Source: Christensenellales bacterium
Lineage (GTDB): Bacteria; Bacillota; Clostridia; Christensenellales; UBA3700
DNA length: 64,000 nucleotides
Direction: 5' to 3'
NCBI GenBank assembly: GCA_051883395.1
Contig: JBJETQ010000002.1
Coordinates: 16,456-80,455, forward strand
Part shown: in pieces, positions 1 through 8,464 of the stretch
How positions within the stretch are numbered: position 1 is the first letter of the stretch
Layout of the letters: each line of letters begins with the position of its first letter
Made by a program: the position numbers and the translations under genes
Notes under the pieces: model-generated
Told to the model about the DNA's origin: nothing
Database searches by the model: none
The model's input: the letters and a program-made list of their open reading frames with translations, nothing else

Positions 1-243
1 AATAGCCACTTCATGTTGCCTGTCGTCGTCCTTAACGTATGCTTTTGCCCAAGCAATCTGAGCGACAATCTCTCCGTCGTCTTCTATCACGTAATCAAGT
101 TCTTCAATAAAACATCTGTCTTTTCGCATCTTATTCAGTACCAGATGTTCAAAACACCCCGGTCTGTACACGTTCCAAAACGCTTCTCGCACCAGGTTTT
201 CAGTCTTTTTATAGTCTTCTTTTTTCTCTCTCCTGACAATCAT
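1..243 (-). CDS. GNAT family N-acetyltransferase, first 81 codons (gene runs off the window start)
   Basis: My own translation from ATG 243..241 gives MIVRREKKEDYKKTENLVREAFWNVYRPGCFEHLVLNKMRKDRCFIEELDYVIEDDGEIVAQIAWAKAY..., an open frame to position 1. RBS AAAAGGTGA lies 4 nt upstream. The N-terminus looks YhbS/GNAT-like. It is absent from the ORF track because no stop lies in the window. Confidence 0.6.
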   Translation of the reverse strand, partial: MIVRREKKEDYKKTENLVREAFWNVYRPGCFEHLVLNKMRKDRCFIEELDYVIEDDGEIVAQIAWAKAYVKDDDRQHEVAI

Positions 244-251
244 ATTTCACC

Positions 252-277
252 TTTTCTGCCTATACGTATCGACTTTT
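252..277 (-). repeat. Copy of the recurrent A-run/palindrome element (14/16 match to GTCGATACGTATCGAC)
   Basis: The sense (minus) strand reads AAAAGTCGATACGTATAGGCAGAAAA, 6 nt upstream of the GNAT RBS. Confidence 0.6.
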
Positions 278-304
278 AAAAACAAATCGACTTTTAAAAA
301 CAAA
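269..304. repeat. Perfect 18-bp tandem duplication (tcgacttttaaaaacaaa x2)
   Basis: Read directly: 269-286 and 287-304 are identical. The unit duplicates the right arm and flank of the palindrome element. Confidence 0.9.
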
Positions 305-323
305 CGGAACCTTGACGGTTCCG
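296..323 (-). terminator. Intrinsic terminator after the aminotransferase gene
   Basis: On the minus strand, stem CGGAACC/GGTTCCG with a 5-nt loop is followed by TTTGTTTTT, 6 nt after the stop at 329. Confidence 0.7.
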
Positions 324-328
324 CCCTG

Positions 329-1519
329 TTATATCAGTTTCATCTCTTTTGCCAGCTTTTCAAATTGTGCCATTGACCTGACAATCACGTCCTTTGCCAC
401 GCAATAAGCAATTCTCACGTAGCCTTTGCAACCAAAGCTGCTACCCGGCACCAATAACAAGTTGTATTTTTTTGCAATCTTACAAAATTCCTTGTCGTCG
501 TCAACGGGCGACTTGACAAATAGATAAAAAGCTCCCTGCGGTTTGACGTATTCAAAACCAAAACTGTCCAGTCCTTGCGTGAGCAGTTTTTTGTTTTCTT
601 CGTACACTCCCACTTCACAGGTTTCTTCAAGACATTTCTCAACCAGCTTTTGTTGGAGCGACGGAGCGTTGACAAAACCTAAAATTCTCGTCGCAACGTT
701 GCACGCAGCTATCAATTCTTCAAAATCGGCGCAACTATCCGGTATGAGTAAATATCCTATTCTCTCCCCAGGCAACGACAACGATTTACTGTAAGAATAT
801 CCCACGACAGTATTGTCGTACAAAGCAGGCAAAAACTCCACCTGCACTCCGTCGTAAGTAATCTCTCTGTACGGTTCGTCGCTTATCAGATATATTGTGC
901 TACCCCATTTGTCCTGTGCCTTCTTCAAAGTATCGGCAAGCGCCGTCAAAAATGATTTGTCGTACACCACGCCCGTAGGGTTGTTGGGAGAATTGATAAT
1001 TACGGCTTTCGTCTTAGCGCTTATCAACTTTTCCGCAACGCTCATATCAGGTACAAAGCTTGGCGCATTGGCAGGCACTTCAACAATTTTTCCGCCGAAG
1101 TTGTCTATGTAATTGCGATATTCGCCAAAGTACGGACAAAACACCATCACTTCGTCGCCGGGATTGAGCAAACTTTTCAACGCAACGTTCAATCCACCTG
1201 CCGCACCGACAGTCATAACTACGTTTTTCTCGTCGTAGTCGGTGCCGTATCTTTTATTAAAATAATCTGCAACTGCATTGCGGGTAGAAGAAAAGCCGCT
1301 GTTGTTCATATATCCGTGTAACTCGGACGGGTCAACGTCCGACGCAATGCGTACAATCTCCTGACCTATGCAGGCAGGCGGCTTGACGCTGGGGTTTCCT
1401 AGCGAAAAATCAAAAACGTTTTCCTTGCCGTACATTGCCGACAGTCTTTTGCCTTCTTCAAACATTTCTCTGATAGCAGATCCCGACTCTATCATTTTTT
1501 TCATTTTTTCACTTATCAT
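329..1519 (-). CDS. PLP-dependent aminotransferase, class I/II (aspartate/aromatic type)
   Basis: 396-aa ORF with FDFSLGNP near the N-terminus and the PLP-lysine motif SYSKSLSLPGERIGY. The ATG abuts the TAA of the upstream gene. Confidence 0.85.
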   Translation of the reverse strand: MISEKMKKMIESGSAIREMFEEGKRLSAMYGKENVFDFSLGNPSVKPPACIGQEIVRIASDVDPSELHGYMNNSGFSSTRNAVADYFNKRYGTDYDEKNVVMTVGAAGGLNVALKSLLNPGDEVMVFCPYFGEYRNYIDNFGGKIVEVPANAPSFVPDMSVAEKLISAKTKAVIINSPNNPTGVVYDKSFLTALADTLKKAQDKWGSTIYLISDEPYREITYDGVQVEFLPALYDNTVVGYSYSKSLSLPGERIGYLLIPDSCADFEELIAACNVATRILGFVNAPSLQQKLVEKCLEETCEVGVYEENKKLLTQGLDSFGFEYVKPQGAFYLFVKSPVDDDKEFCKIAKKYNLLLVPGSSFGCKGYVRIAYCVAKDVIVRSMAQFEKLAKEMKLI

Positions 1520-1996
1520 TTACTCTCTATAACCTTGTATAGTTATATCAAACCCCCTGTCGCTATAAGACAACGTTATACTTTTTATCATATTTTGTTT
1601 TGCGTCCAGACTTATGACAACGCTGACGTCAAGATTTTCTTTGCCGATAGCCAGCTTAGAATCTCTCAATTTGCCTTCAAAAAGGTATCCGTCCGCCGTC
1701 TTGGTATAATCTCCTTCAAGATTTGCACTTTTCCAGCTGAACTGCATCTGCTGATTGCTCTCGGCAATTTCCAGTTCCAAAGGATTATAAATTTCCCCCT
1801 TCACGTTGCTGTAAACCACCATATCGTCCTGCATTATTATCGTATCTACCCAACTAAAAGAATCTTCGCCAAGATTATCAAATGCACTTTGCATGGCTCT
1901 CGAATCTTTGGTTACTTCAAAAGTCAACACAGATGCGCTCACCATAACGGCTATTATCATGACAAAAAGCAACAACAATCTACCGTTAAATTTCAT
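1520..1996 (-). CDS. Hypothetical signal-anchored protein
   Basis: 158-aa ORF with the N-terminal hydrophobic segment LLLLFVMIIAVMVSASVL. It overlaps the upstream gene by 11 nt and abuts the downstream gene, so it is operonic. I recognise no family. Confidence 0.55.
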   Translation of the reverse strand: MKFNGRLLLLFVMIIAVMVSASVLTFEVTKDSRAMQSAFDNLGEDSFSWVDTIIMQDDMVVYSNVKGEIYNPLELEIAESNQQMQFSWKSANLEGDYTKTADGYLFEGKLRDSKLAIGKENLDVSVVISLDAKQNMIKSITLSYSDRGFDITIQGYRE

Positions 1997-3842
1997 TTTT
2001 CTTTCTCCTTATAACCAAAGCGGAAGCAACCCCAAGCGCAGCCGCACCCATCATATACTGCAAGCCTATCGCTCCCGACAAGCCGCATGCTTCCTGTGCA
2101 ACGTCGTTTGCCAATTGCTTATAGTCGCTGTATGCGGCTCTGAGTCTTTGCAGATATTCAACGTCCACGTTTTCTTCCATAGTACCTTCGGCAACGTAGC
2201 CAAGGCATCTTTCCACTTCCCGATATGCCGCCACGTCCTTAAATGAAAATCCCGATAAATCAATGTCCTTCATCATATCGTCAAATAGTACGGCGTCAAA
2301 ACCTGTACGTACGGTTTTGCTCAAAATCTTTTCCTTATGGTTTTCATCCCCCAGCAGTTTGACTCTCACCACGTACTCCTGCATAGGAAGCGCTGTTATC
2401 GTATTGCTATCCTGCCATTCTATTCCGTCTATGCTATATACCGTTTTTATATCGCCAAAGTCAGTCTCTATGACCAGAATTTTTATGTCATACAGCCGTA
2501 TTTCAAAATCGTCTATTGCATATTCCGCCTTATCGATATTGATATATGCATTGCTTTGGTTTATTTCAAACGAATAATTATCCTTATCCGCCCCGTAAAA
2601 TACGCAACTCAACTCATATCTTCCTGCGTTGCATGGCAAAACCGTACTTGCGTTGTATTGCACTTCTAAGCTTACGTCATCGCCATCTACTATTCCTGTC
2701 ATCACAGCCTGCGCAATATGCGTTTGACCGTCATATACGACGTTATTGTCAACGATATAATTTACCTGGGCGGGCTTTTTGGTTATCTCGATGCTCTCTT
2801 GTCTGGCGATATAATAGTTCGGATTGTCGCATGTCATCGACAATATATACGTTCCTACGGTCTTTATTTCACTCACAACCACGTCGTTGTATGTTATGAC
2901 CAGCTCGCAGTTAGCGGTATCTGTTTGCTCCGTTTGCATATTATACTTCCAGCCGCTCACTTCGCCCACAACGTTTTTTACCTGTCCGTCGTACTGCAAA
3001 TTCGAAGGAATAACATAATTGACGTTGAGTTCGCAAGGAATAATAGAAAATCTACCTTCACTATCATCAAAAATATAGTCATAGTTTGGATTGCTAACAG
3101 ACAATCCTATCTTATAGCTACCCACGTTTACAGGAGAGCCTTCCAATTCCACGTATGCGCCGTCGACGTACTGATAATAAACAAAACCATACAAATCTTC
3201 GGCAGAATCAGGCGCACTCGACACGTCGGCACTTACCGTAGGCCAAAAACTTTTTCCGTTGTACGTTTTGATTCTATTTGACTGGGACATCTGAACGTTT
3301 ATAACAAATTTCGTTATAGTCAATTGCACAGACGCTTTGCTCGGATCAATATAATAGTTTTCATTATCGATAGCTACATTAATCGTATATTCACCCGCTT
3401 TGCATGGCGGAGTTCCGTCGACTGTTGTTTTTTCATTTATAAAGCTACCGTCTACGTAGCTGATTTTATACCCCATATCATTACCTTCACTATCTTTAAA
3501 AGTAATGACATAGTCTATATCCACGTTGCTGTTAGGGTCATTCCACTTAATCTCAAACTTATACCATTGGTCGCTGACAACACCCTTATAACCAATGGAG
3601 TTATCGTCGTTCAACACGTGTTCGGTCTTGCCGGTAATTATATTATCCTCAGCCGCTATAAAAACAGGTTCAAGCTCTATGACAGGCTCCGCCGTCTGCA
3701 CGACAATTGAGTCAGATACGTCAACCGGCAAATTATCCGTCTGACTTAGGTTATTGCAGCCAAAACAAAGAACAGTTGCACTTATCAGTACAACAGCCAG
3801 CAAAATCAACAATAAACTTATGCTTTTTCTTTTGGTACTCAT
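1986..3842 (-). CDS. Cell-surface protein with repeated MBG-like domains and a C-terminal membrane anchor
   Basis: 618 aa. N-terminal signal-like LLLILLAVVLISATVLCFGC. Repeats carry Y(N/D)G ... NPNY motifs (TYNGKSFWP, LSVSNPNYDYIF, LQYDGQVKNV, MTCDNPNYYIA, VVYDGQTHIAQ, DKDNYSF). The C-terminus is GAAALGVASALVIRRKKNEI. Confidence 0.6.
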   Translation of the reverse strand: MSTKRKSISLLLILLAVVLISATVLCFGCNNLSQTDNLPVDVSDSIVVQTAEPVIELEPVFIAAEDNIITGKTEHVLNDDNSIGYKGVVSDQWYKFEIKWNDPNSNVDIDYVITFKDSEGNDMGYKISYVDGSFINEKTTVDGTPPCKAGEYTINVAIDNENYYIDPSKASVQLTITKFVINVQMSQSNRIKTYNGKSFWPTVSADVSSAPDSAEDLYGFVYYQYVDGAYVELEGSPVNVGSYKIGLSVSNPNYDYIFDDSEGRFSIIPCELNVNYVIPSNLQYDGQVKNVVGEVSGWKYNMQTEQTDTANCELVITYNDVVVSEIKTVGTYILSMTCDNPNYYIARQESIEITKKPAQVNYIVDNNVVYDGQTHIAQAVMTGIVDGDDVSLEVQYNASTVLPCNAGRYELSCVFYGADKDNYSFEINQSNAYINIDKAEYAIDDFEIRLYDIKILVIETDFGDIKTVYSIDGIEWQDSNTITALPMQEYVVRVKLLGDENHKEKILSKTVRTGFDAVLFDDMMKDIDLSGFSFKDVAAYREVERCLGYVAEGTMEENVDVEYLQRLRAAYSDYKQLANDVAQEACGLSGAIGLQYMMGAAALGVASALVIRRKKNEI

Positions 3843-3892
3843 ATTTTATATTATATATATTAATATTTTTTCTGTCAAGGCAGGTTAAAAGC

Positions 3893-4849
3893 TTAATACA
3901 CACAATTAATGGTATTTCCTGCCAAAAAGCTCTTAATATTATTACAAGCTTCTTTCAGCAATCTTTCCCTTGCGCTCACGCTCGCCCATGCTATATGCGG
4001 AGTAATGATAGCTTTGGGATGAGAAATAAGGCTGTTATTGGCAGTCGGCGGTTCGCATGCCGATACGTCTGCCGCATAACCTGCCAGTTTACCGCTGTCC
4101 AACGCCTGCACAACCGCATCTTCATCTACCAGACCGCCCCTTGCGGTATTTATTATCATAGCTCCGTCTTTCATACGCTCTATCGAACTTTTGTTTATTA
4201 TCTTAGCGCTGTCGGCATTGAGCGGACAATGCAGACTGATCACGTCGCAATTTTTCATTATATCGTCTATTTTGGCAAACTCGGCGTTCTCGTCCATGAC
4301 TTTTTTTCGATTGTACCCATACACTTTCATACCCAAAGCCTTTGCCGCCTTGGCTACGCAACGGCCAATCGAGCCATAACCTATCAGTCCTATACTCTTG
4401 CCATCCAGTTCTACAATCTCCTGCACTCTATAACAAAAGTCGGGGCATCTGGCCCAATCACCATTCTTTACAGAATCGCTGTGTTTGCCAACACCCATAC
4501 ACAATTCCAATAGCAGAGCAATAGTCAACTGTGCTACCGAAACCGAAGAATAGGCAGGCACGTTACAGACGGGAATATTGCGGCTCTTTGCATAAGATAT
4601 ATCCACTACGTCGTAGCCGGTAGAAAGCAGCCCTATATATTTGAGCCTGTCAAACTTTGACAACAAACTCTCGTCAAGTCTTACCTTGTTGTCCAATATT
4701 ATATCGGCGTCCTTAGCTCTTATTACAGCTTCTTCTCTGCTGCTGCGTGGGTACACGGTCAAATCTCCCAGTTCTTGCAGCTCGCCCCAGCTTATATCGC
4801 CAGGATTTACTGCGTTTCCGTCAAGCACAACGATTTTCAATTTATTCAT
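3893..4849 (-). CDS. D-isomer-specific 2-hydroxyacid dehydrogenase (glycerate/hydroxypyruvate reductase type)
   Basis: 318 aa with the NAD-binding motif GLIGYGSIGRCVAKAAKALGMKV, then NTARGGLVDE and ITPHIAWAS. RBS GGAGAGAG lies upstream. Confidence 0.85.
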   Translation of the reverse strand: MNKLKIVVLDGNAVNPGDISWGELQELGDLTVYPRSSREEAVIRAKDADIILDNKVRLDESLLSKFDRLKYIGLLSTGYDVVDISYAKSRNIPVCNVPAYSSVSVAQLTIALLLELCMGVGKHSDSVKNGDWARCPDFCYRVQEIVELDGKSIGLIGYGSIGRCVAKAAKALGMKVYGYNRKKVMDENAEFAKIDDIMKNCDVISLHCPLNADSAKIINKSSIERMKDGAMIINTARGGLVDEDAVVQALDSGKLAGYAADVSACEPPTANNSLISHPKAIITPHIAWASVSARERLLKEACNNIKSFLAGNTINCVY

Positions 4850-4859
4850 ACTCTCTCCG

Positions 4860-4885
4860 TTTTTGTCGATACGTATCGACTTTTT
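4860..4885 (-). repeat. Recurrent A-run/palindrome element, perfect copy
   Basis: The sense (minus) strand reads AAAAA GTCGATACGTATCGAC AAAAA, with a perfect 16-bp palindrome at 4865-4880. It starts directly after the TAA of the methyltransferase gene (4884) and ends 6 nt before the next RBS. Confidence 0.85.
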
Positions 4886-6260
4886 ACACTCTTAGATTCT
4901 TTCTCAATCCCTTAGGATAATGATTTTTTGCTTGCTGTCCGTCGCCCTTGCACCAGCCGCATGCAAAGCCGTCAACGCACACCAGTCCCCAACCCTTAAA
5001 GCCGCAATCAAGCGTATTGCCGTCAAAATACTGAAATATCTTATCGCCGTGCAAATCGCAGTTTATTATTCTTTTTGCCCATTGGGGTTGCAGATATATT
5101 GCCAAAGAATGCGACGGTTCGAATCTGTCCTTTTTAATCTCGCCAAGCTGCAGTCCGCATCTGAGTACCTTTACTCCTTTCAGCGTCGGCAATTGCTGTG
5201 GAACGGCATACAGATTATCCCCAAAAGCCGCCGTAGGAGACAGCTTTACGTTAAGGTTATCTTTTTGCCAATCGTCAAATACTTTTCTTTGCTTTGGCAA
5301 AACACACGGCAGAGAAAACGTTGCCTTCCTTTTTTCTTCGCCCTGCTTTTGCATCACGCAAAAAAAGTGTCCTTCTCCTTTAACTTTGTGCGGAAATATC
5401 CGCTGTGCCAGCACAATATCCTTTATCTTATCCTGAGTATTTTCAATCTTACAATCTTCAAACCTTACCATTGGCTCGACAATGCGCATATCGCAATGCC
5501 TGTTCAAAAATTGTTCAATGGTTTTCTCGTTTTCTTCTATCTCAAAAGTGCATGTGGAATAAACCATTTTTCCGCCGCATCCGAGCATCTTGTATGCACT
5601 ATCCAGTATTGCGCCTTGCCTTTGGGCGCAGGCGGCAACGCTTTCTTCGCTCCACTCGTCTATCGCTTGCGGATTTTTTCTGAACATTCCTTCTCCCGAA
5701 CATGGGGCGTCCACCACTATTTTGTCAAAATACTCCTTCCACTTGTCTTCCAGTTCGTAGGGAGAATTGTTGGTTACCACGGCATTGGGTATTCCCATTC
5801 TTTCGATATTTTGCGAAAGTATTTTTGCTCTTGACGGCACTATTTCGTTGGCAATCAACAGTCCGCTTCCTGCCAGTTTGCAGGCTATTTGCGTTGCTTT
5901 GCCGCCGGGAGCGGAACAAAGGTCCAGCACAACGTCTCCCGGTTCTACACCGAGCGCTTCCACCACGCTCATTGCGCTTGCTTCCTGAATATAATAAAGT
6001 CCTGCTTCGTGATAGGGGTGTTTGCCGGGTTTTTGTTCGTCGTCATAATAAAATCCGCTGTCGCACCAACCCACTTCATCGAGTTGACCTTTCCACAGCA
6101 GCTTCAACTCATTGGCAGACAATTTGAGAGTATTGACTCTCAACGAACAGTAATGAGCTTTGCAATAGCTCGCTTCAAAATCATAATATTCCTGAGCCAG
6201 CAAAGCCTTCATTCTCTCGACAAAAGCCGCAGGCAGCTTGGATATAATCACGCTTTCCAT
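4884..6260 (-). CDS. RNA cytosine-C5 methyltransferase, NOL1/NOP2/Sun (RsmB/RsmF-like)
   Basis: 458 aa with the SAM motif DLCSAPGGKATQ and the catalytic Cys motifs DAPCSGEGMFRK and VYSTCT. Confidence 0.85.
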   Translation of the reverse strand: MESVIISKLPAAFVERMKALLAQEYYDFEASYCKAHYCSLRVNTLKLSANELKLLWKGQLDEVGWCDSGFYYDDEQKPGKHPYHEAGLYYIQEASAMSVVEALGVEPGDVVLDLCSAPGGKATQIACKLAGSGLLIANEIVPSRAKILSQNIERMGIPNAVVTNNSPYELEDKWKEYFDKIVVDAPCSGEGMFRKNPQAIDEWSEESVAACAQRQGAILDSAYKMLGCGGKMVYSTCTFEIEENEKTIEQFLNRHCDMRIVEPMVRFEDCKIENTQDKIKDIVLAQRIFPHKVKGEGHFFCVMQKQGEEKRKATFSLPCVLPKQRKVFDDWQKDNLNVKLSPTAAFGDNLYAVPQQLPTLKGVKVLRCGLQLGEIKKDRFEPSHSLAIYLQPQWAKRIINCDLHGDKIFQYFDGNTLDCGFKGWGLVCVDGFACGWCKGDGQQAKNHYPKGLRKNLRV

Positions 6261-6389
6261 AACGCTATTATATCATACCGTCGGCTTAATTAAAATAATA
6301 AAAGTGGTTTTTTACAAAAAACATTCGCCAGCAGGCAAAGGTCCCTTGTTCAAGAGACCTTGCCTTGCACTTAGCAGCTTGATACAGAG

Positions 6390-6755
6390 TTATCTGAATC
6401 TTGGCATTTTCATTCTTGCGCCGTTCATAGGGTTTGTTTGTCTTACGTTACCGGAAGAAACGGTATTGGTTTCTCCCACGCTTTCTCCCCTGCTTTGGTC
6501 CACGAACGTAACGAATTTTACGTTGAAAATATCGCAGACTATGTATGCGTCTATGCTGGCTTGATACAGCACCAGCGTTTTGGAACCAACGGAATAAAGA
6601 ATTCCGCTTTTAGTTGTCAGGTTGTTGGTCCCTACCAAAAATTCCACGATTACGTAACTTCCCGTATTCATCGACAGTATTTCCTGAAAAGAGCCCCTAT
6701 AAATTTCGTTGCTCAAATCGCTGTCCGGCACTTGCACTTGATTGTTGTTTGGCAT
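6390..6755 (-). CDS. gerQ: Spore coat protein GerQ-like (putative)
   Basis: 121 aa. The C-terminal two thirds resemble the GerQ core pattern (FQEILSMNTGSYVIVEFLVG...SGILYSVGSKTLVLYQ...YIVCDIFNVKFVTF). It lies directly downstream of a CwlJ-type hydrolase, the known functional partner of GerQ. Confidence 0.5.
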   Translation of the reverse strand: MPNNNQVQVPDSDLSNEIYRGSFQEILSMNTGSYVIVEFLVGTNNLTTKSGILYSVGSKTLVLYQASIDAYIVCDIFNVKFVTFVDQSRGESVGETNTVSSGNVRQTNPMNGARMKMPRFR

Positions 6756-6770
6756 AATATAATCTCCTTT

Positions 6771-7199
6771 TTAAGTTAAATAATAAGATTCGGTAGGAAG
6801 ATAGAAACAATGGTCGCCTATTCTTATTCCGAAGACGCCGTTCTGATTGGGAAAATTATCCTTACAATACGGCGCATAGGGATTAAAATACCACAATGCT
6901 TCTGACACGATAGGCAATCTGCCGCCGTTGAGCGCCCACTCGGCAATATCGTAATGTATCTGTTCGGGAGTCATATTGTATATGTTTTGCGGATTATACT
7001 TTCCCCCGATAGTTTCTCTTGCGCAGTCAAACTGTACGGGCGCAAAAATAACGTCTTCCAAGGTATTTTGTCTGCCGTATTCTCCCCTGGTTTCTTCCAG
7101 CCTGTTGGCTATCACAGTTGCAACCGCTCTCATTCCGTCTTCACCTTCACCGCCGGCTTCGCATTGCAATATTCTTGCCAGTAGTTCTACGTCGCTCAT
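6771..7199 (-). CDS. cwlJ: Spore cortex-lytic cell wall hydrolase, SleB/CwlJ family
   Basis: LARILQCEAGGEGEDGMRAVATVIANR is the typical Hydrolase_2 N-terminus. The track ORF starts at GTG 7217. I prefer ATG 7199 (MSDVELL...), which is preceded by AAGGGAGGTG. Confidence 0.8.
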   Translation of the reverse strand: MSDVELLARILQCEAGGEGEDGMRAVATVIANRLEETRGEYGRQNTLEDVIFAPVQFDCARETIGGKYNPQNIYNMTPEQIHYDIAEWALNGGRLPIVSEALWYFNPYAPYCKDNFPNQNGVFGIRIGDHCFYLPTESYYLT

Positions 7200-7275
7200 A
7201 TTTTCACCTCCCTTCACTCTATGCAGTCAAAAGAGCGGAAGTTACAAAAAAATCGCCATACTCTTTGTATGACGA

Positions 7276-7300
7276 TTTGTTGATACGTATCGATTTTTTT
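7276..7300 (-). repeat. Recurrent A-run/palindrome element (14/16)
   Basis: The sense (minus) strand reads AAAAAAA TCGATACGTATCAAC AAA, 7 nt after the stop of the maturase gene (7308). Confidence 0.65.
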
Positions 7301-7307
7301 GATTGAT

Positions 7308-8396
7308 TTACTTTTTTTCTCCCGCAAAAACTCTGAAAAGCGGCAGACAAGCGTCAAAAAACTTCTGATAAGCCTGACAGTAATCTCTGTCTTCCCTGTT
7401 GCGCTTGCAACCGCCGCCCCTGCAAACAGGGTATAGGCGACATTTTTTGCACTTGTCGGGAAGCTTCAAAGATTCCTTAATAAATTCCGTCGCCTTTTTG
7501 CTATGCGCCAGAGCGTTGAAATCGCTGTCGTTGATATTGCCAAGCAGCCATTCGTCCAGGCAATAAAAGTCGCAAGGATAAACGTTGCCGTTGCCTTCCA
7601 CGACAAATTGATGCGAACAATGTCCGCACACTCCGCATTGTTCCACAGGATTGCCAAGATACAGATGCACCATATTATCCAGCAATCTTACGCTGGTATA
7701 ATCGTGTCTGACGTAATCTTTGACGTAAAGATTGAATAGCCTTATCAAAAAGTCGCCGTACTGTTCCACAGTCATATACAGCTCGCTCTCGCTCTTGTCG
7801 CCAAACGGTCTTAGACAAGGTATAAACTGCAAATATTTAAAGCCCTGCCCCGTCAGGTATCTGTACACTTCTTCAACGTGGTCGGCCGTCCAACCCGTCG
7901 TAACAATCAGAATATTAAAATCGACGGCATACTTTTCAAGAATATCGATTGCTTGTCTTACCTTAGGAAAGGTGTAGTCGAGATTTATGTCCAGTCTGAA
8001 TCTGTTGGCATTTTGGTCGCCGTCAAGACTTACCCCCAGCAAAAAACCGTTATCGGCAAAAAACTTTGCCCATTCTTCGTCAATCAAAGTTGCATTGGTC
8101 TGCAAACTGTAATAAATTTTGCTGCCGTTGGTATTGAGTTGTCTTACTTTTTCGACAAAATACCGAAACCACTCCTTGCCTGCAAACAGCGGTTCTCCAC
8201 CCTGAAAGGCAAAATATATACTCTCACCGCCGGCAAATTCAAGCGCTTTCGCTATTACGTTGTCGGTCGTATCGTTGCTCATTTTGCCATAGCTAAAACT
8301 TTCTCTCGAACCTGCAAGAGAATGATAAAAGCAGTATTTACATCTGAGATTGCACATGCTTGACGCAGGCTTCAACATTATCGATAACTGTGGCAT
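7308..8396 (-). CDS. Anaerobic sulfatase-maturating enzyme (radical SAM/SPASM)
   Basis: 362 aa with the radical-SAM motif CNLRCKYC near the N-terminus. SPASM cysteine clusters are CGVCGHCSH...YPCDFYC and CKKCRLYPVCRGGC. It lies directly downstream of a Cys-type sulfatase. Confidence 0.85.
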   Translation of the reverse strand: MPQLSIMLKPASSMCNLRCKYCFYHSLAGSRESFSYGKMSNDTTDNVIAKALEFAGGESIYFAFQGGEPLFAGKEWFRYFVEKVRQLNTNGSKIYYSLQTNATLIDEEWAKFFADNGFLLGVSLDGDQNANRFRLDINLDYTFPKVRQAIDILEKYAVDFNILIVTTGWTADHVEEVYRYLTGQGFKYLQFIPCLRPFGDKSESELYMTVEQYGDFLIRLFNLYVKDYVRHDYTSVRLLDNMVHLYLGNPVEQCGVCGHCSHQFVVEGNGNVYPCDFYCLDEWLLGNINDSDFNALAHSKKATEFIKESLKLPDKCKKCRLYPVCRGGGCKRNREDRDYCQAYQKFFDACLPLFRVFAGEKK

Positions 8397-8464
8397 ATTA
8401 GTCTCCGTTATGACAAAGGCGCATTGTCGGCTTGCGACAAATGCGCCCCTGTTGTCAGTCGGTA

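Noticed and set aside
13-279. 88-aa plus-strand ORF at the window start
   Set aside because: The opposite strand encodes an open, RBS-preceded frame with a clear GNAT-like N-terminus that runs off the window.
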